This document shows, in pieces, positions 52,241-61,581 of a DNA stretch of 64,000 nt. The notes under the pieces were generated by a model that had not been told where the DNA came from, made no database searches, and saw nothing but the letters and a program-made list of their open reading frames with translations. A program made the translations under genes and the position numbers. Origin of the DNA: a bacterium (GTDB lineage: Bacteria > Zhuqueibacterota > Zhuqueibacteria > Residuimicrobiales > Krinioviventaceae); NCBI GenBank assembly GCA_963693055.1, contig OY843751.1:2304001-2368000 (forward strand), in the 5' to 3' direction. Within the stretch, counting starts at the first letter, position 1. Each line of letters opens with the position of its first letter.

Positions 52241-52255
52241 TCCTCTGGTCATATG
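52241..52255 (-). repeat. Right inverted repeat (reverse complement CATATGACCAGAGGA)
   Basis: TCCTCTGGTCATATG on the plus strand. Confidence 0.85.
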
Positions 52256-52258
52256 ATA

Positions 52259-53080
52259 CTATTTTAACAAACTTAATTTTTGGGTTTTAGAAAATTGATC
52301 TCCTATGACAGTGACAAAGTAAATACCCGAAGCGCAACTGTTTCCCAGGTCATTAGTACCATTCCAATTCAATTCAAATGATTGATTTATATAGTTTTCT
52401 ACTAATAGTGTTTTTATTTTTTTTCCTGTAATATCATAAATGTAAACTGATATATTTTGAGGTTTTAAAAGTTCTGCTCTGATTTTTGTACCGGCATTAA
52501 AGGGATTGGGGTAAGCACTTAATAATGATAACGTTTCCGGCTGTCTGGATTTGTTGATTCCACTGACAACGTCTGATACAGTTATTTTGATGAGTACGTC
52601 TCTGTCATTATAAGGCTGCCAGCCACAACAATCATGAAAAAATAGCCTGTCTGTTATAGGTTCATTAAATTCGCAACCAAAAGAAACAAAAAAAGTACTT
52701 TCTATTTCAAAAGAAACCGCAATATCACAATCTAAGATAATGTTTTTATCACTTAAAACTATTTCATTCCAGCCGGTCTGTGAAGCAGTTACAGATAACG
52801 GTCCAAAAAATTCTACACTTGGCATTTTTTCATTTATATCATACAAATACAAGTTGAAGGTATTTCCTTCATCCAGTGATTCTACATAGTATTCAATCTT
52901 TTGCAACTGGCATTCACCGGTTATATCAAATCGTGTAGCTAATTTCTGAAGAAACGGGATATTGAATTTGGCTTCAATATTTGGATTACCATTGTAATAT
53001 GAAATTACCTGTTCAACTTGTGTAAATGCCAATTGTGTCGCTAATAAAATTAAACCTGCTACTAATTTCCAGTTTTGCAT
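52259..53080 (-). CDS. Secreted protein with a FlgD-Ig/T9SS-like C-terminal domain
   Basis: Signal peptide; AYPNPFN...WNGTND...ASGIYF...KLSLLK; HDCCGW motif. Confidence 0.8.
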   Translation of the reverse strand: MQNWKLVAGLILLATQLAFTQVEQVISYYNGNPNIEAKFNIPFLQKLATRFDITGECQLQKIEYYVESLDEGNTFNLYLYDINEKMPSVEFFGPLSVTASQTGWNEIVLSDKNIILDCDIAVSFEIESTFFVSFGCEFNEPITDRLFFHDCCGWQPYNDRDVLIKITVSDVVSGINKSRQPETLSLLSAYPNPFNAGTKIRAELLKPQNISVYIYDITGKKIKTLLVENYINQSFELNWNGTNDLGNSCASGIYFVTVIGDQFSKTQKLSLLK

Positions 53081-53098
53081 AATCAGATCCTTTTCGAT

Positions 53099-54400
53099 TC
53101 AATATGAGAACCACATACCAAACAGCATTCCTGTTAATGTTGACATGATTACTACCAGTGAAATAAAAACAACCGTCTTTTTTAATCCCATAATTTTATT
53201 TATAACAAGCATATTGGGTAATGACAATGCCGGTCCTGCAAGAAGCAACGCTAAAGCAGGCCCTTTTGCCATTCCGCCGGCAATTAATCCTTGTAATATG
53301 GGTATTTCAGTTAATGTAGCGAAATACATAAATGCGCCCACAACTGAAGCAAAAAAGTTTGCAAAAAATGAATTATCACCCACAAACATGATGATCCATT
53401 TACTACTAATTAAACCTTCACTGCCAGGAGACCCTAATAAAAATCCAGCAACGAGTACTCCCATTGCAAGCAGGGGGAGGATCTGTTTCGCAAATCCCCA
53501 ACTAGATTCCATCCATTCCGCAGCATCGCCTTTGTTAATTGATAATATGATTGTCAAGCCGATGACAGCAATTAAAAATGGAACAAGTGGTTGTGAAACC
53601 AACAAAGCTGTTACAATTGTTATGATTGATAAAAGGAGTACATGAAATATTTTAATATTTAAAACGTATACAAGAGAAAAAGCAAAGAGAACTCCGAATC
53701 CTGCAGTAATAAACCATTTATTGCTCCAGATAAAGTTCCACAAGCCTGTCGATTCTGCCGGTTTGCCCCAGTTTACAAAGATCAAAATGGCAACCAAGAT
53801 AAAGAAATGAAAAGCTGTTTTCCACAAGGGACGTTCATTTCCGCTATCATGCAAAATAACCTGGCTTTTTTCTTTTTCCCGCTCTTCTTTAATAAAAAAG
53901 AGATGCATAAGTAATCCAATTACAATACTAAAAACTATTGCACCGATAATTCGGGCAATGCCCAGTTCAAAACCCAGAATCCTGGCAGTTAGTATAATGG
54001 CAAGAATATTAATAGCCGGGCCTGAATAAAGAAATGCAACTGCTGGTCCTAAACCGGCACCACGTTGATATATGCTTGCAAAAAGGGGGAGGATTGTACA
54101 AGAACAAACAGCAAGAATAGATCCCGAAAGAGAAGCTACTAAATAGGCAATCCATTTTTTTGCCTGGACTCCCAGATATTTTATAACAGCAGACTGGCTG
54201 ATAAATACACTAATTACACCCGCTATAAAAAAGGCGGGTACAAGGCATAAAAGGACATGCTCACGGGCATACCATTTGAGTAAAACAAGTGATTCATTTA
54301 CAGCATTCAATAGCTGTGGTTTTTCCACAGGCAAGAAATATGCTGAAATAAAAAGTATTATAATCCATAAAAGTGGTTTTTTTTCATTTTTCCAGTTCAA
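53099..54400 (-). CDS. ArsP-like (DUF318) permease
   Basis: EHVLLCLVPAFFIAG, AVCSCTILPLF, MYFATLTEIP, AGPALSLP. Confidence 0.88.
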   Translation of the reverse strand: MNWKNEKKPLLWIIILFISAYFLPVEKPQLLNAVNESLVLLKWYAREHVLLCLVPAFFIAGVISVFISQSAVIKYLGVQAKKWIAYLVASLSGSILAVCSCTILPLFASIYQRGAGLGPAVAFLYSGPAINILAIILTARILGFELGIARIIGAIVFSIVIGLLMHLFFIKEEREKEKSQVILHDSGNERPLWKTAFHFFILVAILIFVNWGKPAESTGLWNFIWSNKWFITAGFGVLFAFSLVYVLNIKIFHVLLLSIITIVTALLVSQPLVPFLIAVIGLTIILSINKGDAAEWMESSWGFAKQILPLLAMGVLVAGFLLGSPGSEGLISSKWIIMFVGDNSFFANFFASVVGAFMYFATLTEIPILQGLIAGGMAKGPALALLLAGPALSLPNMLVINKIMGLKKTVVFISLVVIMSTLTGMLFGMWFSY

Positions 54401-54752
54401 TTTTATCTCCTAAACTACATAATTGGTTGCGATCCAGAGTTTCCGCAAGTTTTAAATCCATTTCAACAGTATGTGTATCTGATACTTTTTCATGCACAAG
54501 TGACAAAAGGGATGAAATTATAGGATCTTCCGTTTTGTCATTTATATAATAATTCACCCATTTTTGTTCTTTAATATCATAAATAAACCCTGCATTCCTT
54601 AATATTTGCAGATGTTTGGATACAGTTGAAGTTGCCAGTTGTAATACTGCTTGCATTTCACAAACACACATGGAACGTTTCTGCAACATTTTGAGAATAC
54701 GTATGCGGTTAGGATCGGAAAGTGCTTTAAATTTTTCTGTGATTTCTCTCAT
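54384..54752 (-). CDS. arsR: ArsR/SmtB family repressor
   Basis: FKALSDPNRIRIL, MCVCE, STVSKHL, KWVNY. Confidence 0.88.
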   Translation of the reverse strand: MREITEKFKALSDPNRIRILKMLQKRSMCVCEMQAVLQLATSTVSKHLQILRNAGFIYDIKEQKWVNYYINDKTEDPIISSLLSLVHEKVSDTHTVEMDLKLAETLDRNQLCSLGDKIELEK

Positions 54753-54760
54753 AGTCTTCC

Positions 54761-54806
54761 ATTTCGTTATTTGACGAAATATAGTAATATGATGTCAAAA
54801 AATCAA
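54761..54806 (-). promoter_or_regulatory. arsR promoter and operator
   Basis: Minus strand TTGATT-N17-TATATT overlapping the palindrome ATTTCGT-N6-ACGAAAT (54761-54780). Confidence 0.7.
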
Positions 54807-54845
54807 TAAAAAATTTAAGCAAGAGAATATATTAAGGGGGGGGAT

Positions 54846-54877
54846 AAAAAAAGCTACCCTTATTCAGGGCAGCTTTT
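54846..54877 (-). terminator. Intrinsic terminator
   Basis: AAAAGCTACCCT-tattc-AGGGCAGCTTTT; U-tract on the minus strand. Confidence 0.75.
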
Positions 54878-54888
54878 AGAATTGGATA

Positions 54889-55857
54889 TTACTGGATATA
54901 TTTTTCGTACATTGCTTCAAGTTCTTCCTGGGTTTTGGTGCCTTCGTACACAATCAATTTAAAGTGAAAAGTAGCACTTTGTCCCGGCTCCAATGTAAGA
55001 TTGTATGGAACAGGTTCCTGATCGCGACCTTTTTGGAAAACTGACTGACCCAATGGATTAGCAGCAAACAGACCATAATCACGTGCATGCCAGTAGGTCG
55101 GGTAATTATTGCTTTCAGGATGGTTGAAAATTGCAATACCATAAACTTTGTTGTCTTTTTTACCTTCCAGAGTAACCCATTTTGCACGAGTTGCCCAGAT
55201 GTTTTTTGCAGTGCGGTCACCATTTGAGCTCAGGTATTCACTGTTTCCACTTTTTTCTTTTAACCAGTGAGCAACACGAATTGCAAACATGCCTTCTTTG
55301 GTGTCATTAAAAACAACTTTATCATCCTGAGCTGTCAGAGTCATTTTCATGTCTACACAGTTTGCTGTACCATTGCTGCTGAAAACCATAGTGCGGTCTT
55401 CTTTTAAAATAGGTTTTTCATCCTTGTCAACCCATTGCATTACGGTACCCAAAGTACCGGTTTTTGCATCCATTTTGGTGGTTTCAAGATGTTGAATTTG
55501 TGGCGGAAAAGTAGTATTGTTCCAAAAACCATTTTCATTAACTTCATCATAGGTGAAAAAGATACCGGTATGATGAGGATGGTCATGACTTTCACCTTCA
55601 ACTTCTTCAAATGGGTACATGCGTGTTACAATTGTACCTGAAACAGATTCTACCGGAAAAAGAACCGGTTTAGTCAAGGTTGTTTTATCATATTTGTAGG
55701 ATGTGAAAAAGTTACCATCTACCAATACATCAATCTGATTTTCGCCCTCTACAAAAGAAATAGCGCGACCTGTTTTTTTCTGTGCCTCTTGAGTACTGCA
55801 GGCAACAAACATCATAGATACTGAAAATAGTACCATGACTAGCAGTGCTTTTTTCAT
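54889..55857 (-). CDS. Lipoprotein of the 'PmoA'-named (PF14100/DUF6807-like) beta-sandwich family
   Basis: Lipobox FVAC; DHPHHTG, DTKEG.FAIR, WHARDYGLFAANP. Not a true methane monooxygenase subunit. Confidence 0.75.
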   Translation of the reverse strand: MKKALLVMVLFSVSMMFVACSTQEAQKKTGRAISFVEGENQIDVLVDGNFFTSYKYDKTTLTKPVLFPVESVSGTIVTRMYPFEEVEGESHDHPHHTGIFFTYDEVNENGFWNNTTFPPQIQHLETTKMDAKTGTLGTVMQWVDKDEKPILKEDRTMVFSSNGTANCVDMKMTLTAQDDKVVFNDTKEGMFAIRVAHWLKEKSGNSEYLSSNGDRTAKNIWATRAKWVTLEGKKDNKVYGIAIFNHPESNNYPTYWHARDYGLFAANPLGQSVFQKGRDQEPVPYNLTLEPGQSATFHFKLIVYEGTKTQEELEAMYEKYIQ

Positions 55858-55858
55858 G

Positions 55859-56383
55859 TTAACTCCTCCTTAGGATTGTATAGGTATTTTGAAAAATAGT
55901 AAATGAATTATTATCATATAAACTAAAGATTACATTATTTAAACTACTTTTTTTTTCTGAATAATCCAATACTGTTTTAAACATTATTTTTGCACATTTT
56001 TCAATTGGGTAGCCAAATATGCCCGTGCTGATTGCGGGAAACGCAATGGATTTAATCTCATACTTGTTTGCAAGTTCTAATGCTGAAAGGGTAGCAGATC
56101 TTAACTTGTTGTCTTCATCTCCAGAGCCCATGACTGGTCCCACCGCGTGTATAACATATTTTGCTTTTAATAAACCGCCTGATGTCATTGCAGCAGTGCC
56201 CGTTTTAACAATACCTTGGGTTTTGATCCATTCATTACTTTGCTTCTGTATCTCTGGACCGCCTTTGCGGGAGATTGCGCCCGCAACACCACCACCATGA
56301 GCTAGATGTTCATTGGCAGCGTTCACAATTGCATCTACATCTTGATCTGTAATATCAGCTTGAATTATATCTATTTTAATCAT
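55859..56383 (-). CDS. Macro domain protein (O-acetyl-ADP-ribose deacetylase-like)
   Basis: DAIVNAAN, GGGVAGAI, VIHAVGP, FPAISTGIFGYP. Confidence 0.92.
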   Translation of the reverse strand: MIKIDIIQADITDQDVDAIVNAANEHLAHGGGVAGAISRKGGPEIQKQSNEWIKTQGIVKTGTAAMTSGGLLKAKYVIHAVGPVMGSGDEDNKLRSATLSALELANKYEIKSIAFPAISTGIFGYPIEKCAKIMFKTVLDYSEKKSSLNNVIFSLYDNNSFTIFQNTYTILRRS

Positions 56384-56393
56384 AAATGACGTC

Positions 56394-57704
56394 TTAATAA
56401 ATATAAATATTATTTGAATAAATCCATGGGTACCATTGGTCATCAAATTCCAGGTACGCGGTTATTCGGTAATTACCTGGAGTAATATTGTTTTTAAATT
56501 GATACGAGTACTTGTTTACCATAAAATCTAAAAGTGATCCGTTTTTATACAATTCAAACTTGACCGGAAAAGGAGAGACCGCCTGAATTGTGTTAACCTG
56601 CTCCAGTTTAACAGAATCCCCCAGGATCGCTGATAGTGAATTCTCGGCATTCAGGGTGAAAAATTGAAATCCTGTAGCATCTGCCAAATGATCAAACGAT
56701 ACAAATGAATGCGCCGCAACCAGGTTATTTTTAATTGCTCTGGTTGTTAATGTATCGCTGAATACATGGTCGTTCACAAAATGGAAGGAGCATTCATATG
56801 GATCTACGTCCCAACGAAAGGCCCAGCCGGTAACATCTGTCTTTTTTAACAGTATCTTTTCCAACAGTCCTGGTGATTTAACTGTAATTGTATGAGCATT
56901 CGGCCCCACCCATTCCACACTATCATCTGCAGTATATCTGGCTCTTATATTTTGATTGTTATGAGCATCTGGCGCGCCTATACCCGTAATGCGTCTGGTT
57001 TGGTTCAAGTGGTCCCAGTTTTTTAGAATTTCTGTTTGTATATCAAAGAATTCTCTAAAAGCCCAATGTCTGTATTTTTTACCTGTAATTGCTGCGTTAA
57101 TCAGAATTGGAACCAGGCTTTCTTCATCTTTAATGTCTGTATGGATATTATAAATTTCCATTCCCTGGTAATCTGTATTTTCCCAGTCGTGAGGTTCTTC
57201 CGTATGTATATAATAAACAAATCCACCATTCGTGATAACATTTTTAATTAACGAATCGGTATCTGTTTTCCAATCCAAAATAACTGTATCTAATGGATTA
57301 ATTCCCAAGCCGCTTTTTTCTGAGCCAGGTTCAATCAAGATGCCGTCATAGTTACCATAATAGCTGCGGGGAAAAGAGTCTTGATCGCAATGTGGATGAT
57401 CTGAGAAAAAGAGGAAATCCAGGTTTGCTTTCTTGGCAGCGGGTAGTATTTCATTGATATTGCCATGGCTGTCATGTGACCAAAAAGTATGTGAATGCAG
57501 AATTCCATTGAATGCTTTTAAGGGTATATATTGTTTGGGTGTTTTATATTTTAGCTGTAAAGCATGTTTTTGTTTTTCCAGACGGGGATAAGTAACCAGG
57601 CGACGCCATATTGAAGGGGCTGTGAAATAGAGGCCGATCAATAATATCAATATAACCAGTATAGAAAAAGCAAAACCAACAGTTTTTAAGATTTTTTTTA
57701 GCAA
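56394..57704 (-). CDS. Membrane-anchored PHP-domain metallohydrolase
   Basis: LHSHT.WSHD, FSDH, MEIYN, DAH. Confidence 0.75.
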   Translation of the reverse strand: MLKKILKTVGFAFSILVILILLIGLYFTAPSIWRRLVTYPRLEKQKHALQLKYKTPKQYIPLKAFNGILHSHTFWSHDSHGNINEILPAAKKANLDFLFFSDHPHCDQDSFPRSYYGNYDGILIEPGSEKSGLGINPLDTVILDWKTDTDSLIKNVITNGGFVYYIHTEEPHDWENTDYQGMEIYNIHTDIKDEESLVPILINAAITGKKYRHWAFREFFDIQTEILKNWDHLNQTRRITGIGAPDAHNNQNIRARYTADDSVEWVGPNAHTITVKSPGLLEKILLKKTDVTGWAFRWDVDPYECSFHFVNDHVFSDTLTTRAIKNNLVAAHSFVSFDHLADATGFQFFTLNAENSLSAILGDSVKLEQVNTIQAVSPFPVKFELYKNGSLLDFMVNKYSYQFKNNITPGNYRITAYLEFDDQWYPWIYSNNIYIY

Positions 57705-57953
57705 GACTATCCTGAATTATTTGGTATCAATGTTTTTAGAAAAAGTTGGAAAAGGTGTGATCTGAACTAACATATAACAAGTTACGAAATGTATGGATAT
57801 ATTAAAAGTGATTTATTTTAAATCCTTGAATAGTGATTATTTTTCAAAATTATACCAGATAATAAAGATTTAATATTTGTATTTTCTTTTATTTATTACC
57901 CCAATTCATTAATTTATCAAGATTATTTAACAATTTCAAATTGAGGAAAGCAT

Positions 57954-60245
57954 ATGAAACGCATTATTGGGCTATTCATGATTTTCATGTTGATCGTAAA
58001 CAGCTTTTCTGCCGATCATTGTATGTATAATGATCTGACAAGTTTTGTTAATCCATTAATTGGTACGGATTCTGAATTCAAATTATCAAATGGAAATACT
58101 TATCCTGCAATAGCTTTACCCTGGGGGATGAATTTTTGGACTCCCTACACTGCGGATATGGGAAATGGATGGCAGTATGCTTATAACGCTTACAAGATAA
58201 AAGGATTCAAGCAGACTCATCAACCTTCACCCTGGATTGGAGATTATGCTGCTTTCGCTTTAATGCCCTTAACCGGTGAATTGAAAATTGATCAGCAAGA
58301 GAGGGCTTCGTGGTTTAGTCACAAGCGGGAAACGGTTTTGCCTCATTATTATAAAGTATATTTGGGTGATTATGACATTTGGACAGAAATTGCTCCAACA
58401 GATCGCTCTGCTTGCTTTCGTTTCACTTTTCCGGAAGCAAATGAAGCTTATATATTAGTAGATGCTTTTTTTCAAGGTTCGTCAGTTACCGTAATGCCCA
58501 AAGAAAAAAAGATAATAGGTTACTGTTCAAATAACAGGGGCGGCGTACCTGATAATTTTAAAAATTATTTTGTGTTAACATTTGACAAAGAATTTGAAAT
58601 GGCTTCCACATGGGAAGATTCTACTGTTTATCCCAATACCTTGTCCCGAACGGGGGAGCATGTAGGAGCTGTTTTAAAATTCAAGACAAAACGTAATGAG
58701 CAGATCATTGCAAGAGTATCTTCTTCGTTTATTAGTGTTGAACAGGCTGAATTGAACCTAAAACGTGAACTAGGACTACAATCTTTTGATAAAGTGAAAA
58801 ATACAGCTCATAAAATTTGGAATAAAGAGCTCAACCGTATTCGTGTAACTGGTGGTAGTGATGACCAAAAGACAGTATTTTATACGGCATTGTACCGGAC
58901 CCTGCTTTTCCCGCGTAAATTTTGGGAACTGGATAAAGACGGTAATATAATGCACTATAGTCCATACAATGGTAAGGTTTTGCCAGGTTATATGTATACA
59001 GATAATGGATTTTGGGATACGTTTCGAGCTGTTTTTCCATTTTTTACGCTAATGTACCCCGAATTAAACAGCCAGATTATGCAGGGTTTGGTTAATACCT
59101 ATAAAGAAAGTGGTTGGCTGCCGGAATGGGCGAGTCCTGGACATCGGAATTGTATGATAGGATCTAATTCTGCCTCTTTGATAGCAGATTCATATCTAAA
59201 AGGAATACGGGGATATGATATTGAGACGTTGTACGAAGCTATTCTCAAGAATTCTGAGAATGAAGGGCCGTTAAAATCTGTTGGGCGTTTTGGTGTGAAA
59301 TATTATAATGAAATGGGGTATATACCCTATGATGTGGACATTAATGAAAATGTTGCACGCACTTTGGAATACAGCTATGATGATTTTGCAATCTGGAAAT
59401 TAGCTCAGTCTTTAAACAAGCCCCAAACTGAAATTGATCGTTTTGCTAAAAGAGCCCAATTTTATAACAATGTTTTTGACAAATCTACCAATTTTATGCG
59501 GGGTAAAAATAAAGATGGCTCGTGGCAAAGCCCCTTTGTGCCCGAAAAGTGGGGAGACGCGTTTACAGAAGGATGTGCGTGGCATTATACTTGGTCTGTT
59601 TTTCATGATCCGCAAGGTCTAATTGATCTTATGGGAGGTAAGGAGACTTTTGTCACAAAGCTCGATTCGGTTTTTACTGCGCCTCCGGATTTTGATTATT
59701 CTTATTATGGTATTCAAATACATGAAATTACGGAAATGGTTATTGCTGGTATGGGCCAATATGCACATGGCAATCAACCCATTCAACATGGAATTTATTT
59801 GTACAATTATGCCGGTGAACCCTGGAAAGCACAAAAAAAAGTGCGTGAGGTGATGGATCTGTTATACACACCTAAGCCGGATGGCCTATGCGGCGATGAA
59901 GACAATGGTCAAACATCTGCGTGGTATGTATTTTCTGCAATGGGATTTTATCCTGTATGCCCGGGCACAGATCAATATGTATTGGGTTCTCCATTATTTA
60001 ATAAAGTTGAAATGACACTTGAAAACGGTAATGTCTTTACAATAGATGCTGAGAATAATTGTAATTGCAATGTTTATATCCAAAATGCGGAATTGAATGG
60101 GAAATTGTATACCAAAAATTACCTCACTCATAAAACCATCCATGATGGTGGCGTATTAAATTTAGAAATGAGTAAAGAACCCAATATAAATCGAGGAATT
60201 GAAAACGAGGATCTACCATATTCTATGAGCAATGAACAAAAATAA
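57954..60245 (+). CDS. GH92 alpha-1,2-mannosidase
   Basis: VNPLIGT, GNTYP, THQPSPWIGDY, WDTFR, RTLEYSYDD, HGNQP, GDEDNGQTSAWY. Confidence 0.93.
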   Translation: MKRIIGLFMIFMLIVNSFSADHCMYNDLTSFVNPLIGTDSEFKLSNGNTYPAIALPWGMNFWTPYTADMGNGWQYAYNAYKIKGFKQTHQPSPWIGDYAAFALMPLTGELKIDQQERASWFSHKRETVLPHYYKVYLGDYDIWTEIAPTDRSACFRFTFPEANEAYILVDAFFQGSSVTVMPKEKKIIGYCSNNRGGVPDNFKNYFVLTFDKEFEMASTWEDSTVYPNTLSRTGEHVGAVLKFKTKRNEQIIARVSSSFISVEQAELNLKRELGLQSFDKVKNTAHKIWNKELNRIRVTGGSDDQKTVFYTALYRTLLFPRKFWELDKDGNIMHYSPYNGKVLPGYMYTDNGFWDTFRAVFPFFTLMYPELNSQIMQGLVNTYKESGWLPEWASPGHRNCMIGSNSASLIADSYLKGIRGYDIETLYEAILKNSENEGPLKSVGRFGVKYYNEMGYIPYDVDINENVARTLEYSYDDFAIWKLAQSLNKPQTEIDRFAKRAQFYNNVFDKSTNFMRGKNKDGSWQSPFVPEKWGDAFTEGCAWHYTWSVFHDPQGLIDLMGGKETFVTKLDSVFTAPPDFDYSYYGIQIHEITEMVIAGMGQYAHGNQPIQHGIYLYNYAGEPWKAQKKVREVMDLLYTPKPDGLCGDEDNGQTSAWYVFSAMGFYPVCPGTDQYVLGSPLFNKVEMTLENGNVFTIDAENNCNCNVYIQNAELNGKLYTKNYLTHKTIHDGGVLNLEMSKEPNINRGIENEDLPYSMSNEQK

Positions 60246-60285
60246 ACTCATAGGTTTCACAATTTAACAAGCTGCCAATAGATAC

Positions 60286-60316
60286 AAAAAAAGCCTCTTT
60301 TTAAGAGGCTTTTTTT
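60286..60316. terminator. Bidirectional terminator between the GH92 gene and the tRNA
   Basis: AAAAAAAGCCTCTT...AAGAGGCTTTTTTT. Confidence 0.88.
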
Positions 60317-60327
60317 GTTGATGATTG

Positions 60328-60401
<74 letters not shown>

Positions 60402-60545
60402 TAGATTTGGAAATTTACTAAATTAGATGCAATTTGTAAAGGAATTAATTCTTTTTATTTAATTCATTTTAAAAAAATATTGTAACGTTGAGAAATATTC
60501 AAGTTTTTATTTTGTTTTTACATCTATAATTGGAAAAGGAGTAAT

Positions 60546-61454
60546 ATGGATTTTCAACCGGCTTATATTGAAGCTTATAAACGCGGTGATTTAGAACGAA
60601 AAATAGAGCAAGCTTTTAATGCGTTACATAGTTGTACATTATGTCCCCGTCAATGCAAAGTTGACAGATCTTCACGACAACGTGGTATTTGCAAAACCGG
60701 TATTCAGGCTAAAGTTGCCAGCTATCAACCTCATTTTGGTGAGGAAAAAGTATTGGTAGGGAGCGGAGGTTCCGGTACCATATTTTTTTCAAATTGTAAC
60801 TTGATGTGTAATTTTTGCCAGAATTTTGATATCAGCCATTCCGGGCAGGGTGAAGAAGTTACTGATACACAATTAGCCAATATGATGATCTGGCTACAGA
60901 ATTATGGCTGCCATAATATCAATCTGGTTACCCCTTCTCATATAGTTCCTCAAATATTATCTGCTTTAAAAATTTCAATTGAAAATGGATTGTCTATTCC
61001 CCTGGTATACAACACTAGCTCTTATGACTCGGTATTTACTATAAAATTATTAGATGGAATCATTGATATTTACATGCCTGATTTTAAATTTATGGATCCC
61101 ATCCAATCAGAGTTGAATATGAATGCATCTGATTATCCTGAAATTGCTAAACGAGCTATTCTTGAAATGTATCGTCAGGTTGGCGATCTGGTAGTAGATT
61201 CCAAAGGTATTGCTCAACGTGGATTAATAGTACGTCATTTGTTAATGCCAGGCAACACCAACGGTGCTAAAGAAATATTTGAGTTTATTTCAAATTCGGT
61301 TTCCAGGAATACATTTACTAATATTTTGAAGCAATACCAGCCTCTGGGAACTGCATCACAAATACCTCAAATTAATAAAAGAATCACTGATATTGAATTC
61401 AACCAGTCACTAGAATTGGCCCGTTTGTCTGGCTTGCATCGAATTATTTATTAA
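60546..61454 (+). CDS. Radical SAM protein, PflX-like
   Basis: CTLCPRQC, HFGEE, CNLMCNFCQN (CxxxCxxC), YMPDFK, VRHL. Confidence 0.9.
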   Translation: MDFQPAYIEAYKRGDLERKIEQAFNALHSCTLCPRQCKVDRSSRQRGICKTGIQAKVASYQPHFGEEKVLVGSGGSGTIFFSNCNLMCNFCQNFDISHSGQGEEVTDTQLANMMIWLQNYGCHNINLVTPSHIVPQILSALKISIENGLSIPLVYNTSSYDSVFTIKLLDGIIDIYMPDFKFMDPIQSELNMNASDYPEIAKRAILEMYRQVGDLVVDSKGIAQRGLIVRHLLMPGNTNGAKEIFEFISNSVSRNTFTNILKQYQPLGTASQIPQINKRITDIEFNQSLELARLSGLHRIIY

Positions 61455-61480
61455 TATTGTAATTGTAATTTTTTTGTCGT

Positions 61481-61497
61481 TTGGAATAATTGTTGCT
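61481..61497 (+). promoter_or_regulatory. Candidate sigma54 promoter
   Basis: TTGGAATAATTGTTGCT (GG-N10-GC). Confidence 0.35.
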
Positions 61498-61581
61498 ATT
61501 AATATATTTAATTTATTAAACCTTGGTTTTTTTTTGCATAATTCATTAGTTATTATGGCATTATAACCTTTAAATAGAGAA

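Larger units (their letters stand above)
50421..52259 (+). mobile_element. Putative insertion element encoding two DUF1670-like proteins
   Basis: Subterminal inverted repeats, TA on both flanks (50419-20 and 52260-61), genes opposite to the operon it interrupts, and an empty site that restores a TAA stop. Confidence 0.8.

Noticed and set aside
50421-52259. Assigning the element to IS630/Tc1-mariner because of the TA duplication
   Set aside because: Neither protein shows a DDE/RNase H-like motif pattern, and the IRs are subterminal and asymmetric.
54889-55857. 'PmoA' family label suggesting methane oxidation
   Set aside because: It is a soluble lipoprotein with no pmoB/pmoC nearby; the family name is misleading.
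55859-57704. Macro domain plus PHP domain as a possible defence system
   Set aside because: A canonical stand-alone macro protein and a membrane-anchored PHP hydrolase, with no accompanying ATPase, TIR, SIR2 or toxin gene.
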